A DNA stretch of 50,926 bases, from the NCBI GenBank assembly GCA_038207085.1, contig JBBRAE010000021.1, positions 1 to 50,926 on the forward strand. Direction: 5' to 3'. Positions 1 through 9,348 of the stretch are shown piece by piece. Each line of letters begins with the position of its first letter. The stretch's first letter is position 1. Position numbers and translations under genes: made by a program. Origin of the DNA: Armatimonadota bacterium. Its GTDB lineage: Bacteria; Armatimonadota; UBA5829; DTLH01. The notes beneath the pieces were generated by a model, which saw only the letters and a program-made list of their open reading frames with translations, did no database searches and had not been told where the DNA came from.

Positions 1-131
1 GAGTTTCCCCTGTCAACGCTTCCCCACCGTCCTTACGGACAGCAGGACATGACTCGGGGTCGGCGTGGCTCGCTATGCCTTCACCGTAGAGACTCTCACT
101 CCTTACACCTTGCCGGTCTTAATCGGCGCAT
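1..131 (-). mobile_element. Group II intron 5' end (domain I start, resembles bacterial class E); continues beyond the window edge
   Basis: Minus strand from 131 reads ATGCGCCGATTAAGACCGGCAAGGTGTAAGGAGTGAGAGTCTCTACGGTGAAGGCATAGCGAGCCACGCCGACCCCGAGTCATG...GAAGCGTTGACAGGGGAA, matching the recalled class E intron 5' pattern. The RT ORF is not in the window. Confidence 0.8.
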
Positions 132-405
132 CTAACGTTACGCTTCAGGATGGTTAGCTACACTTCAAGCCCCCTGTAGTGCTGCGACTATCTCCGTCAG
201 GGGGATAAAGGGGACGGAGCCCTTTTTACTCCAAAAACAATCCAACATCCGCCGTCACTACAGTGTTCGGCAAGTGACCGTTCTATCCTCCTGACCACGA
301 ACCCCACGCTCAAAACGACGAAAAACCCCAGGGTTGATGTCCCCGCCTCATCCATGAGCTTAGCTTGGCGCAACGCAGTATACGAACCCAAACAATCACG
401 ACTGG

Positions 406-434
406 TTGACAAACGCTCATGCCTGGCTTAAAAT
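406..434 (+). promoter_or_regulatory. sigma70-type promoter of the two-component operon
   Basis: TTGACA(406-411)-17 nt-TAAAAT(429-434). Confidence 0.7.
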
Positions 435-493
435 ATAGTTAAGTTGTGCAATTTCTCACGAATACTTTTAGCCACGGATTTATGGAGCTAGTG

Positions 494-1189
494 ATGATGC
501 AAAAGATACTCCTGATCGAGGACGAAAGCGCGATCGCCGATTCAGTCGCCTACTCCCTTCAGGCCGAAGGGTTTGAAGTGGCTATTGCAGCAGATGGCCT
601 CGCTGGCTTGGCGTCTGCGCGTTCGGAGTCGCCTGACCTCATTATCCTGGACCTTATGCTTCCTAAAATGTCCGGGCTAGATGTCTGCAGGACTCTTCGC
701 AAGGAAAGTAGCACGCCGATCATCATGCTCACCGCCAAGACCGAAGAGGTCGACCGCGTCGTTGGGCTCGAACTCGGGGCCGATGACTACGTCACCAAGC
801 CGTTCAGCACACGCGAGCTTATGGCCAGAGTCCGTGCAGTGCTCAGACGCGCCAAAGGCAGTAATCCTGAGGAAGATCAGATGCGCCTCCAGGCCGGCAA
901 TATATCTATGGACCTCGGACGCAGGCGCGTGGCCGTCGGCGACACTCCGATCCACCTGCCGCTCAAGCAGTTTGAGCTCTTAAGAATTCTCATGGCGCAC
1001 CAGGACAAGGTGCTGACACGTGACTACCTGTTCCAGACCGTTTGGGACAGTGATACAGCCTATGATACTGGGACACTAGATGTCCACATCAGATGGCTCA
1101 GAGAGAAGATCGAAAAGGACCCCAGCCATCCTCGCTATGTGCGCACGGTCCGGGGTGTGGGTTACAAGTTTGTGGCAGATTCTGACTAG
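494..1189 (+). CDS. OmpR/PhoB-family response regulator (PhoP/RegX3/WalR-like)
   Basis: REC domain (IEDE, DLMLP, KPF) plus winged-helix (LDVHIRWLREKIE, TVRGVGY). GGAG upstream of ATG 494/497. Confidence 0.95.
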   Translation: MMQKILLIEDESAIADSVAYSLQAEGFEVAIAADGLAGLASARSESPDLIILDLMLPKMSGLDVCRTLRKESSTPIIMLTAKTEEVDRVVGLELGADDYVTKPFSTRELMARVRAVLRRAKGSNPEEDQMRLQAGNISMDLGRRRVAVGDTPIHLPLKQFELLRILMAHQDKVLTRDYLFQTVWDSDTAYDTGTLDVHIRWLREKIEKDPSHPRYVRTVRGVGYKFVADSD

Positions 1190-2954
1190 ACTTCCCATCA
1201 GGTGGCGGTTGACGATAGCTTATATCGCCGTCATCTGGCTTTCTATGACGGTCGCCGGGCTGATTCTCTCTTACCTCATTGAGAATCAGTACAGAAGCGG
1301 CTATCAGACCGTGCTTACGTCCCACGCATCGCTTGTGAAGGGAGTTATCGAGCACGAATACGAGCAGCAAGGCAAGTCTGCCATCAATGATAAGACCCTC
1401 CGCAACCTCGCAAGCAAGATCAACGCGCGAGTGCAGATTCTCGACCCCAAGCGCCGACTTCTCGCTGACAGCGCCCGCGGCCAGGTGTCTCACGACCCTG
1501 CAGGACCACTCAAGTCGTTCGGCTGTATGCTCTGCCACCCCGAGGCACGTTCCCCCCAAGTTATGTCGGTGAGCCAGAACCTCACATACGGGACAAGCCC
1601 TATCGGAAAAGCCGAGATATCTGTGTCGCTCTTTGGGGTGAAACAGGCGGCTGCGCGAACCCGGCGCGTAATCCTGTCCGCACTCGTTATTGCCGCGATT
1701 CTCGCTGCACTGCTCAGCCAGCGCCTTGCCTTTTCTATCGCGAAACCGATAAGTGACATAAGCGACATTGCTGAGAAAATGTCCCGAGGTGACCTGAGTC
1801 TAAGAGCCACAACTGACGGCGCAGATGAAGTATCCAAACTCGCTGCAAGCTTCAATGGAATGGCTATGACCATCCAGCAAATGCTCCACGAGATGACCGA
1901 GGAGCGTGACCGGATGGAGACTATCCTCACAACGATGGCCGACGGGATCATCATCACAGACAAGTCCGGCAGGATAATACTCTTCAACAAAGCCTCTGAA
2001 GGCATATTTGGGCTAAGAGCCGAAGACACAATCGGGCTGCCGATCGCCGAGGTCGAGCTGCATCCAGAGCTTGCCGATATGGTCGCAGAGACGCTTGCCA
2101 CCCAAAGAATCGTCCGAAAAGATCTGAAGCTCGAGCCAAGTGGCGTCGCGCTTAGCGCCTACTCGACGACTGTCAAAGACCCGCCGTCCAACGTCGAAGG
2201 AGCCGTCGTCGTGCTCTACGACCTGACCGAGATTCGCAAGCACGAGAAAGCCCAGAAGGACTTTGTCGCAAACGTAAGCCACGAGCTTCGCACACCGATC
2301 ACAGCGGTGCGGGTGACAGCGGAAGCCCTGCTCGGAGGCGCAAAGGACGACCCCAAGCTACTTGACCGGTTTTTGACGACGCTCGTCAGAGAAAGCGAAC
2401 GCCTTTCTGCACTGATCGATGATCTGCTCGAAGTTGCAAAACTTGAGTCGGGCCGCATCGAACCCCGTCGCACTGAGGTGGACCTTCGCAGTCTCGCAGA
2501 GCGTGTCACATCGCTTTGTCAGGGCGAAGCTGAGAGGGGCGGGATAAGGCTTGATTGTAGAGTGCCTGATATCGCAGTGCTTGCCGACGAACGTCAGATT
2601 GAGCAAGTCCTCGCGAACCTGACCGATAACGCCATCAAATACACGCCCGAAGGCGGCTCTGTCACCATCACTGGAAGCGAAATGGACGACACGGTGTCGA
2701 TCGTAGTCTCAGACACAGGTATCGGCATTCCACAGGGCGATGTGCCGCGGATTTTCGAACGCTTCTACAGGGTGGACAAGGCCAGGTCACGCCAGAGGGG
2801 CGGCACAGGGCTAGGGCTCTCGATCGTCAAAGACATCATAGATGCGCACAACGGCACGATCGTCGTCCAGACCAGGCTGAACCACGGAAGCACTTTCACC
2901 GTTACATTGAGAAAACATATCGCGCCGGTCGATGCTGTGCAAAGCGTCGCCTGA
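1170..2954 (+). CDS. PhoR/WalK-like sensor histidine kinase (2 TM, HAMP, PAS, HisKA, HATPase_c)
   Basis: H-box ANVSHELRTP, N-box NLTDNAIKYT, G boxes DTGIGI and GGTGLGL. Probable TTG start at 1170 overlapping the regulator. Confidence 0.93.
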   Translation: MWQILTRLPIRWRLTIAYIAVIWLSMTVAGLILSYLIENQYRSGYQTVLTSHASLVKGVIEHEYEQQGKSAINDKTLRNLASKINARVQILDPKRRLLADSARGQVSHDPAGPLKSFGCMLCHPEARSPQVMSVSQNLTYGTSPIGKAEISVSLFGVKQAAARTRRVILSALVIAAILAALLSQRLAFSIAKPISDISDIAEKMSRGDLSLRATTDGADEVSKLAASFNGMAMTIQQMLHEMTEERDRMETILTTMADGIIITDKSGRIILFNKASEGIFGLRAEDTIGLPIAEVELHPELADMVAETLATQRIVRKDLKLEPSGVALSAYSTTVKDPPSNVEGAVVVLYDLTEIRKHEKAQKDFVANVSHELRTPITAVRVTAEALLGGAKDDPKLLDRFLTTLVRESERLSALIDDLLEVAKLESGRIEPRRTEVDLRSLAERVTSLCQGEAERGGIRLDCRVPDIAVLADERQIEQVLANLTDNAIKYTPEGGSVTITGSEMDDTVSIVVSDTGIGIPQGDVPRIFERFYRVDKARSRQRGGTGLGLSIVKDIIDAHNGTIVVQTRLNHGSTFTVTLRKHIAPVDAVQSVA

Positions 2955-2975
2955 TACCGTATCAATCCCGCACTT

Positions 2976-3209
2976 CAGGGCTAACGCATCTTGCGGGCAG
3001 CCGACGTAGTGGCCGTCCCGCCGCGGTGGCCTCTCGCATGACTTCGGTGATGCTGTCGGTGAGACCATCGGTGCGGAACGCGCCGAGCAAACGATAGAAT
3101 TTCATACAGTTGTCCATTTCGCGCAGCACCTTTGCTGCTGATGGCGGGCGCGGCGACCCGCCACTACGGGCGTTCGGCGCTACCCGACAGCTAAGATGCG
3201 TTCGCCCTG
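2976..3209. mobile_element. Non-autonomous MITE with ISAs1-like terminal inverted repeats
   Basis: 17-bp TIRs CAGGGCTAACGCATCTT (2976-2992) and AAGATGCGTTCGCCCTG (3193-3209) with 1 mismatch. Flanking 10-mers TCCCGCACTT and ACTCGCACTT match at 8/10. Confidence 0.7.
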
Positions 3210-3217
3210 ACTCGCAC

Positions 3218-3247
3218 TTGACGGCAAATGCGGGCGCGTGTTAAACT
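3218..3247 (+). promoter_or_regulatory. Promoter of the riboswitch-CDF transcript
   Basis: TTGACG-18 nt-TAAACT with TGn extended -10. Confidence 0.55.
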
Positions 3248-3306
3248 CTCGTGTCGACGCGAAATTGGTGTCGATTTATGTGCTACGCGGTATGAATTAA
3301 ATAGTG

Positions 3307-3399
3307 ATCATGAAATAGATCAGGCGATCCCGACATCAACTCCGGGATGGTGCCGGGCCGAGATTCAGGCAGCAGGTGAACCTGCGGGACTACTGTGAT
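3307..3399 (+). promoter_or_regulatory. NiCo (czcD-motif) riboswitch
   Basis: Motifs in the expected order: GATCAGGCG...GGGCCG...GGCAGCAG...CTGCGGGAC, with P2 stem ATCCCG/CGGGAT. Lies directly upstream of a CDF exporter and overlaps a terminator. Confidence 0.8.
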
Positions 3400-3415
3400 A
3401 GACCGCGGGTTTTTT
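3379..3415 (+). terminator. Intrinsic terminator, riboswitch expression platform
   Basis: ACCTGCGG...CCGCGGGT stem followed by a T-run; the 5' arm is shared with the aptamer 3' segment. Confidence 0.7.
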
Positions 3416-3433
3416 GTCGTTTCAGAGGATGTA

Positions 3434-4372
3434 ATGAACCAATTTTCAACCAAGAGCGGCGCTGCGGCGCTGTCTATTCTCTCGAACACTGTTCTTGTTA
3501 TATTGAAGCTGGTCGTGGGGATCATCACGCAATCGGTGTCGGTTATTTCGGAGGCAGCGCACTCTGCGATTGACCTTGTAGCGTCGATCATCGCCTTCTT
3601 CTCAGTTCGGGCGGCGGATGTTCCTCCCGACGAAGACCACCCCTTTGGTCACGGCAAGATCGAGAACATCTCGGGAGTGGTCGAGGCTATTCTGATCTTC
3701 TTCGCTGCCGCGTACATCGTGTATGAGGCGATGGAAAGGCTCATGCAGTCACTGGGCGGCAAGCATACCGAAGTCCAACCGTCCTGGGGCATCCTCGTTA
3801 TGGGAGTCTCGATGATCGCAAACCATCTAATTTCGGGCTATCTCTTCAAAGTCGCCAAACGCACCGATTCGGTTGCGCTTGCGGCGGATGCTCACCACTT
3901 GCGGACCGACGTTTGGACATCGGTCGGGGTCTTCGTGGGATTGATCATAATGGCGCTCCTCAACATCTTCAAGATTCCCGGAGCTGCGGTGGTCGACTCG
4001 GCGGTCGCGATTGCGGTGGCGTTTTTGATCGTCAAAGTGGCCTATGATCTCACCAGGGAAGCCGGTATGCCGCTCCTTGACACCCGCCTTCCAGGCGATG
4101 AAGTGAGTCTGGTGAAGAACATTCTCTTGTCTGACGAGCGAATCGTCGGCTACCACAAGCTCAGAACGCGAAAGGCCGGGGCGTCTCGACATATCGACGT
4201 TCACCTCATCGTGCCGGTATCGATGTCTGTGGCAGACGCGCACGATGTCGCCGAGGAGATAGAGGACAAGATTCGTGCGGAGCTCAACTTCGCCCACGTC
4301 ATGACCCACGTAGAGCCCGACACCGAAGACAACCTCAGGGACTCACAAATCGAAGGGCTCGCCGAAGACTAG
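3434..4372 (+). CDS. Cation diffusion facilitator (FieF/CzcD-like) metal exporter
   Basis: SEAAHSAID, HPFGHGKIE, ADAHHLRTD and a C-terminal ZT-dimer domain (THVEP). Confidence 0.95.
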   Translation: MNQFSTKSGAAALSILSNTVLVILKLVVGIITQSVSVISEAAHSAIDLVASIIAFFSVRAADVPPDEDHPFGHGKIENISGVVEAILIFFAAAYIVYEAMERLMQSLGGKHTEVQPSWGILVMGVSMIANHLISGYLFKVAKRTDSVALAADAHHLRTDVWTSVGVFVGLIIMALLNIFKIPGAAVVDSAVAIAVAFLIVKVAYDLTREAGMPLLDTRLPGDEVSLVKNILLSDERIVGYHKLRTRKAGASRHIDVHLIVPVSMSVADAHDVAEEIEDKIRAELNFAHVMTHVEPDTEDNLRDSQIEGLAED

Positions 4373-4392
4373 AGTTCCATAGCCATTGGTCG

Positions 4393-4418
4393 GTATCGGG
4401 GACGGGGGTCCCCGATAC
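4393..4418. repeat. Perfect 11-bp hairpin (REP-like or terminator) between convergent genes
   Basis: GTATCGGGGAC-GGGG-GTCCCCGATAC. Confidence 0.7.
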
Positions 4419-4433
4419 AACGATTGGTTTATC

Positions 4434-4474
4434 CTAGCCGGCTTTATTCGTGAAACGTGAATAATGCGGGTTAG
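4434..4474. mobile_element. Tiny palindromic MITE, copy 1
   Basis: CTAG-CCGGCTTTATTCGTGAAACGTGAATAATGCGGG-TTAG; same ends as the element at 31391-31471. Confidence 0.7.
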
Positions 4475-4478
4475 CCGC

Positions 4479-7235
4479 TTATGGCTGAGACTTCCCCTGA
4501 AGCTCTCGAAGTGTCTTCGCCAGAGCATCCATCTCTTTTCCGTAGGCTGTCCAGTCACCACGTTTCAGCGCCTGTTGCGAGCGGTTGAACTGCTCGTTTG
4601 CCTGACGAATCAGCCCTTGTGCGGCCTCTGACGCCTGTGCGGGACGCCCGCCCACGGCAGTAGGCAGAGCCTGCCTTATTCCTGTCGTCTGAGAGGCAAC
4701 GCTGATGTTCGCTCCTCCCATAAGCACCGACAGCGCGGACTGAAGCGTCGGCTCCATCGAAAGACGGTTTCCGAGCGAAACGATCACACGTTTGAACTCA
4801 GGAATCTGATTGGACGTGGACTCAAGGTAGAGCGGCTCTACGTAGAGAATCGAGTTGCTGATGGGAATAGCAAGCATGCTGCCGCGAACGACACTTGAAC
4901 CTGCCTGGCCCCAAAGAGTAAGCTGCTGGCTGATCACGGTATCCTGATTGGCTCGCGCCATCACCTGTGCCGGACCAAACACCGTTTCACCGCGCGGAAA
5001 CTCAAACGAGATAAGCTGGCCGTACTCCTCCGGATCGCACTTTGCTGATATCCACGCGACCATGTTCGGCCTGCCGGGGCGCACAAACGGCAACACCAGG
5101 ATGAACTCGTCCTTCGTCGAACGGGGGAGCCGGGTGATCAGATAATAGGGCTCAAGCTGTTCTCCCTGGGTCTGCTCCGCAGTCGTCCCCATTGTCGGAA
5201 TCGCCCAAAGGTCGTTGCCGCTGTAGAACACCGCCGGGTCAGTCTGGTGGTATCTCGCATAGACTTCGGTCTGAACCCGGAACAGGTCCTCGGGGTAGCG
5301 CACGTGGGCCCGGAACTCCGTCGGCATCTCCGAAGCCGGTCTGATCGCGCCGGGGAACGCCTTTGCGTAGGTGCGAATAATCGGGTCGCTCGGGTCGAAC
5401 ATATAGGCAGTAACTTTGCCGGAGTAGGCGTCGGTGACGATCTTCACTGAGTTGCGGATATATCTTATCCCAGACTCCTCGGTTGCATCCGAATATGGGT
5501 ACAGGCTGGTCGTCGTGTAGGCATCCAGGAACCAGTACAACCGGCCCTTGATGGTGACGAGATACGGGTCCCTGTCATAGGTCAAGAACGGGAATATGGT
5601 CCGTGCCCGATCCGAGATGTTCCGTTTGAAGAGAATGCGGCTTCCAGGAGTGATATCCTGCGATAGCACCAGGTTCATGTCCCCGAAGCGAGCCGCAAAC
5701 GCAAGACGCCTGAAGAACGAGTTCAACCTCGGGCCGACGTCTCCCTTGTACGACGTCGTAATCTCAGACGCGCCGCCTACGGCATAATCAAACTCCTCAC
5801 GCTTGGTGTTTACGAGAGCAAAATCGTTCGTAGTCTCCCCGAAGTAGACCTGAGGTGTGGTGACCTCAAGCCCCTCGACAGTCGCAACCGGGATCCCGCT
5901 TGCGAAATAGACTGGAAGACCTTCAGGCGTAGCCTCGTTAACGGGGGTCATCGCAAGCCCGTAGCCGTGCGTGTAACGCAGGTATCTGTTGACCCAGGTG
6001 TTGGCGTTTGATGGCAAGCCCGCGAGCTCGCGCGCCGAAAGCATTACCTGACGGTATGCGCCCTTCACCATGTAGCGGTCGATATCAACATCGTTGAACT
6101 CGTAATAGGGCTGGAACACCTGAAGCTGGTTATACGCGCGCCTTAGAGGCTCGTAGTCCCAGAGTCGGATGTTCTGAACCGCGGCCCGGTTTGCTTCGAA
6201 ATCGGCTGGGGTGAGGTCGGGCTGGTAGTCGAACTTGCTGGACTGGATCTTGTCGACGCCAAATGCCTGCCTTGTGGCGTTTATCGCTAGCGTGATGTAC
6301 GGCCGCTGAGCATCGAGCTCATTCGGCTTCACACGCAGCGACTCAACCGCGCTTGGGTAGATGTAACCCACAAGCACCGAAAGAACGAGAAGGCCAACAA
6401 ATGCGCCGGATGCAAGCATTATCCCACGCCTGCGAATGTTCACAAGCACGAGAATACCGCCGATTATTGCAGCAACGAGCAGTATCCAGAGCGCAGGAAG
6501 CCTCGCGTGAACGTCGGCATAACCCGCGCCGTCAAACAATCGGCCAGGAGCAAGCACGAGGTTATACATGGAAAGCTTGTAGCCTACTGCTTTCAGGAAG
6601 AACAGCACGGCAACGAGTATCCCAAGCTGCAGCTTCACCCCAGGGGCAAAGCGCGGGACGTTGCCGTAGAAGTCTATCCCCTCATCTACATAGTGAAGAA
6701 TCGCCGTAGCGAGACCAGCGACGAGTATCGTTCCAAAGAGCCAGTTGTAGACAAAGCTGTAGAACGGCAGTTTGAAGACATAGAAGCCGACATCTGCCCT
6801 AAATAGCGGATCATGCACGCCAAACGGTGTCGAGTTTGCGAACTTCAGCCATTGTTCCCACTGACCGGCTGCGTTAAGCCCCACGAAAAGCGCAATTGCA
6901 AGGCTGCCAAGCAGGATGACAGCGCCTAGCCCGCGCCGGATGAAGTCCTCGACCCGCGCGCGGACCTCTTCTTCCCATCCCGCACGTGTGCGACTGGGAG
7001 GAGGCGCAAGGCGACGGGCGATGCGCAGGTTTGTGTAGACAATCACAAAGAAAAGCCCACCAAAGACAGCTGCCATCGCAAGCTTTGTCCAGATAACCTT
7101 GGAGAATATGCTCCTGAATGCGCCGCCGAGGTCGCCAAACCACAGCCAATCCGTATACAGCCTTATCGCCGTACCACCAAAGAAAAGAACGAGCACAGCC
7201 AATATGCCGATTACAACCCCTAAGTTTCGTTTCAT
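4479..7235 (-). CDS. UPF0182 family membrane protein
   Basis: YTDWLWF, DPLFRADVGFYVF, NIRLWD, DVDIDRY, YTHGYG and GDWTAYG motifs; 918 aa. Confidence 0.95.
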   Translation of the reverse strand: MKRNLGVVIGILAVLVLFFGGTAIRLYTDWLWFGDLGGAFRSIFSKVIWTKLAMAAVFGGLFFVIVYTNLRIARRLAPPPSRTRAGWEEEVRARVEDFIRRGLGAVILLGSLAIALFVGLNAAGQWEQWLKFANSTPFGVHDPLFRADVGFYVFKLPFYSFVYNWLFGTILVAGLATAILHYVDEGIDFYGNVPRFAPGVKLQLGILVAVLFFLKAVGYKLSMYNLVLAPGRLFDGAGYADVHARLPALWILLVAAIIGGILVLVNIRRRGIMLASGAFVGLLVLSVLVGYIYPSAVESLRVKPNELDAQRPYITLAINATRQAFGVDKIQSSKFDYQPDLTPADFEANRAAVQNIRLWDYEPLRRAYNQLQVFQPYYEFNDVDIDRYMVKGAYRQVMLSARELAGLPSNANTWVNRYLRYTHGYGLAMTPVNEATPEGLPVYFASGIPVATVEGLEVTTPQVYFGETTNDFALVNTKREEFDYAVGGASEITTSYKGDVGPRLNSFFRRLAFAARFGDMNLVLSQDITPGSRILFKRNISDRARTIFPFLTYDRDPYLVTIKGRLYWFLDAYTTTSLYPYSDATEESGIRYIRNSVKIVTDAYSGKVTAYMFDPSDPIIRTYAKAFPGAIRPASEMPTEFRAHVRYPEDLFRVQTEVYARYHQTDPAVFYSGNDLWAIPTMGTTAEQTQGEQLEPYYLITRLPRSTKDEFILVLPFVRPGRPNMVAWISAKCDPEEYGQLISFEFPRGETVFGPAQVMARANQDTVISQQLTLWGQAGSSVVRGSMLAIPISNSILYVEPLYLESTSNQIPEFKRVIVSLGNRLSMEPTLQSALSVLMGGANISVASQTTGIRQALPTAVGGRPAQASEAAQGLIRQANEQFNRSQQALKRGDWTAYGKEMDALAKTLRELQGKSQP

Positions 7236-7434
7236 CTAAGCCTCAACAATCCCAGAGAGTGAGTTATTATTTCCCTCACAAATCCCTGTTCAAACCCGGA
7301 CATTATAACACCAAGCAGCCAAGCGGGCAATCGCATGACGGAAAGTTTGATCATGCCCTTGAGTTCTTAAGCTTATCAGCCAAATATATAGGATGTGCAA
7401 GGATAGCACAATTATGTACGGGCAAGAGGCTTGA

Positions 7435-8310
7435 ATGTATTTAATAATTGGTTTGGTTACGCTTATGGCCAGCATCCTCATTGGCTTCACGAAGGCCGGA
7501 GGTAAGGTCGGGGCGCTAATTCAGATATCGGAGTTCATCGTCATCGGCGGAGCTGGGCTTGGCAGCCTGATCGCGGGCACTTCGCTTCCGCGCGTCATGA
7601 TGATCTTCAAAGACGTTCTCGCGCTTATCAAGCCCGATCCTTACGGCAAGGCGGCCTACTCGGAGCTGTTGCAGCTTCTCTACGAAATCAGCAACCTCGC
7701 TCGCCGTGACGGTCTACTTGCGCTTGAGTCGCACGTCGAACACCCCGACACAAGCGAGATCATCCAGCGCTACACCACGTTCAAAAGCAACCATCACGCC
7801 GTCGACTTTCTCTGCGACAGTCTCCGTCTGGTCGTCATGGGCGGCGTCGGTCACTTTGAGCTCCAGGAGATGATGGAGGGGGACATCGATGTCTTCGCTG
7901 AAGAGGCGAAGAAAAACGCGGGTCTTGTGACCAAGATCGGCGACGCGATGCCTGGTTTTGGAATCGTCGCAGCGGTCCTCGGAGTCGTCATCACAATGCA
8001 GGCGATCGGCGGTCCTCCTGAAGTTATCGGCGAGAAGGTAGGCGCGGCGCTTGTAGGAACGTTCCTCGGGATCCTCCTTGCCTACGGTATCTTCAGTCCG
8101 ATTTCGATGGCTCTTGAGACGCGCGCAGAAGGAAGTGTCGCCTATATGAACTGCCTTCGCGCCGGGCTTTCGGCGCTTGCGCAGGGGATGGCCCCGATGC
8201 TTGTGGTCGAGTTCTCCCGCAGATTGATAGACCCCGAGATTCGTCCCAACTTCCAGGAAGTCGAAGACGTGGTCAAGGGCCGAAGCATGGCACAAGATAA
8301 GGCGGCTTAG
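7435..8310 (+). CDS. motA: Flagellar motor stator protein MotA
   Basis: ARRDGLLALE, DAMPGFGIVAAVLG, AALVGTFLGILLAYG. Confidence 0.92.
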   Translation: MYLIIGLVTLMASILIGFTKAGGKVGALIQISEFIVIGGAGLGSLIAGTSLPRVMMIFKDVLALIKPDPYGKAAYSELLQLLYEISNLARRDGLLALESHVEHPDTSEIIQRYTTFKSNHHAVDFLCDSLRLVVMGGVGHFELQEMMEGDIDVFAEEAKKNAGLVTKIGDAMPGFGIVAAVLGVVITMQAIGGPPEVIGEKVGAALVGTFLGILLAYGIFSPISMALETRAEGSVAYMNCLRAGLSALAQGMAPMLVVEFSRRLIDPEIRPNFQEVEDVVKGRSMAQDKAA

Positions 8311-8315
8311 CAGAT

Positions 8316-9260
8316 TTGTCTGAACAGATCAGGGTAATCAAGAAACACAAAAAGGGCGGGCACGGCGGTCACCACGGAGGCAGCTGGAAGGTTGCCTACG
8401 CCGACTTCGTCACCGCTATGATGGCGTTCTTCCTGGTCATGTGGATCGTAGGACTGAACCAGTCGGTGAAAGACTCCGTAGCGGCGTATTTCAAAGACCC
8501 TATTGGCTTCATGCAGGGCGTTGAGAAGGGAAAGAAACCGTTCAATATCGAGACACCGGGCGCGCTTTCATACCCGGAGGTTACCAAGGACATCCGCAAG
8601 GACTCCATGAACATGCAACAAAAGCTTGATGTCGAAAAGAAACGCTTTGAAAGCGCCAAGAAGGAAATCGAGCACACGGTCAAGAGCAACCCCAAGTTCA
8701 GGAAGCTCGCCGAGAGCACTCAGGTGAGAATCTCCCACGAAGGTCTGCGCATCGACCTGCTTGAGTCTGCCCCGGAGGTGTTTTTCGATAGTGGCAGCGC
8801 GATGCCCAAGCCAAAGACCAGGGACCTCCTTAAGAAAATAGCCGGGACGCTCGGCAGGCTGCCCAACAGAATGATTGTAGAAGGGCACACCGACAGCCGT
8901 CCCTACTGCGGGCCAAACGGCTGGACGAACTGGGAACTCTCCGCTGCTCGCGCCAACGCGGCACGAGCGATTATGGAAAGCTCGGGCATTGGTTCCAGCC
9001 AGCTTCTTGAAGTTCGAGGGCTTGCCGACCGCATGCTTCTTGACCCCAAACACCCGGACAGCTTCAAGAATAGACGCGTGAGCATCCTGCTACCGTTCTC
9101 CGTCGATGGACCAGCTGAGGTTATCGATATGAACCCAAGCAACATCGCGCCCGACATCGCCCCAAATGTGAAAAAGCCGGTGCATGCACCCTCTGTCGCA
9201 GCGCCGAAGGACTCCCCGCACCCAGCCGAACCCCGAACACCCGCAGATTTCCATCACTAA
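8316..9260 (+). CDS. motB: Flagellar motor stator protein MotB (TTG start)
   Basis: WKVAYADFVTAMMAFF transmembrane motif plus OmpA-like domain (VEGHTD, NWELSAARA, NRRV); Pro-rich tail. Confidence 0.92.
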   Translation: MSEQIRVIKKHKKGGHGGHHGGSWKVAYADFVTAMMAFFLVMWIVGLNQSVKDSVAAYFKDPIGFMQGVEKGKKPFNIETPGALSYPEVTKDIRKDSMNMQQKLDVEKKRFESAKKEIEHTVKSNPKFRKLAESTQVRISHEGLRIDLLESAPEVFFDSGSAMPKPKTRDLLKKIAGTLGRLPNRMIVEGHTDSRPYCGPNGWTNWELSAARANAARAIMESSGIGSSQLLEVRGLADRMLLDPKHPDSFKNRRVSILLPFSVDGPAEVIDMNPSNIAPDIAPNVKKPVHAPSVAAPKDSPHPAEPRTPADFHH

Positions 9261-9348
9261 ATAAAACAATCTCATCCCAAATGCACTACACAATGCGTGA
9301 ACGGGGTATATAACTGAACGGAAGCACCCGTTTTTGGAGAGTAGCGAT

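Noticed and set aside
197..412. 71-aa ORF
   Set aside because: No motif or RBS; its start overlaps the -35 box of the downstream operon.
7435..9260. Zorya ZorAB defence system
   Set aside because: The A subunit is a normal-length MotA without the long ZorA tail, and no zorC/D/E is adjacent.
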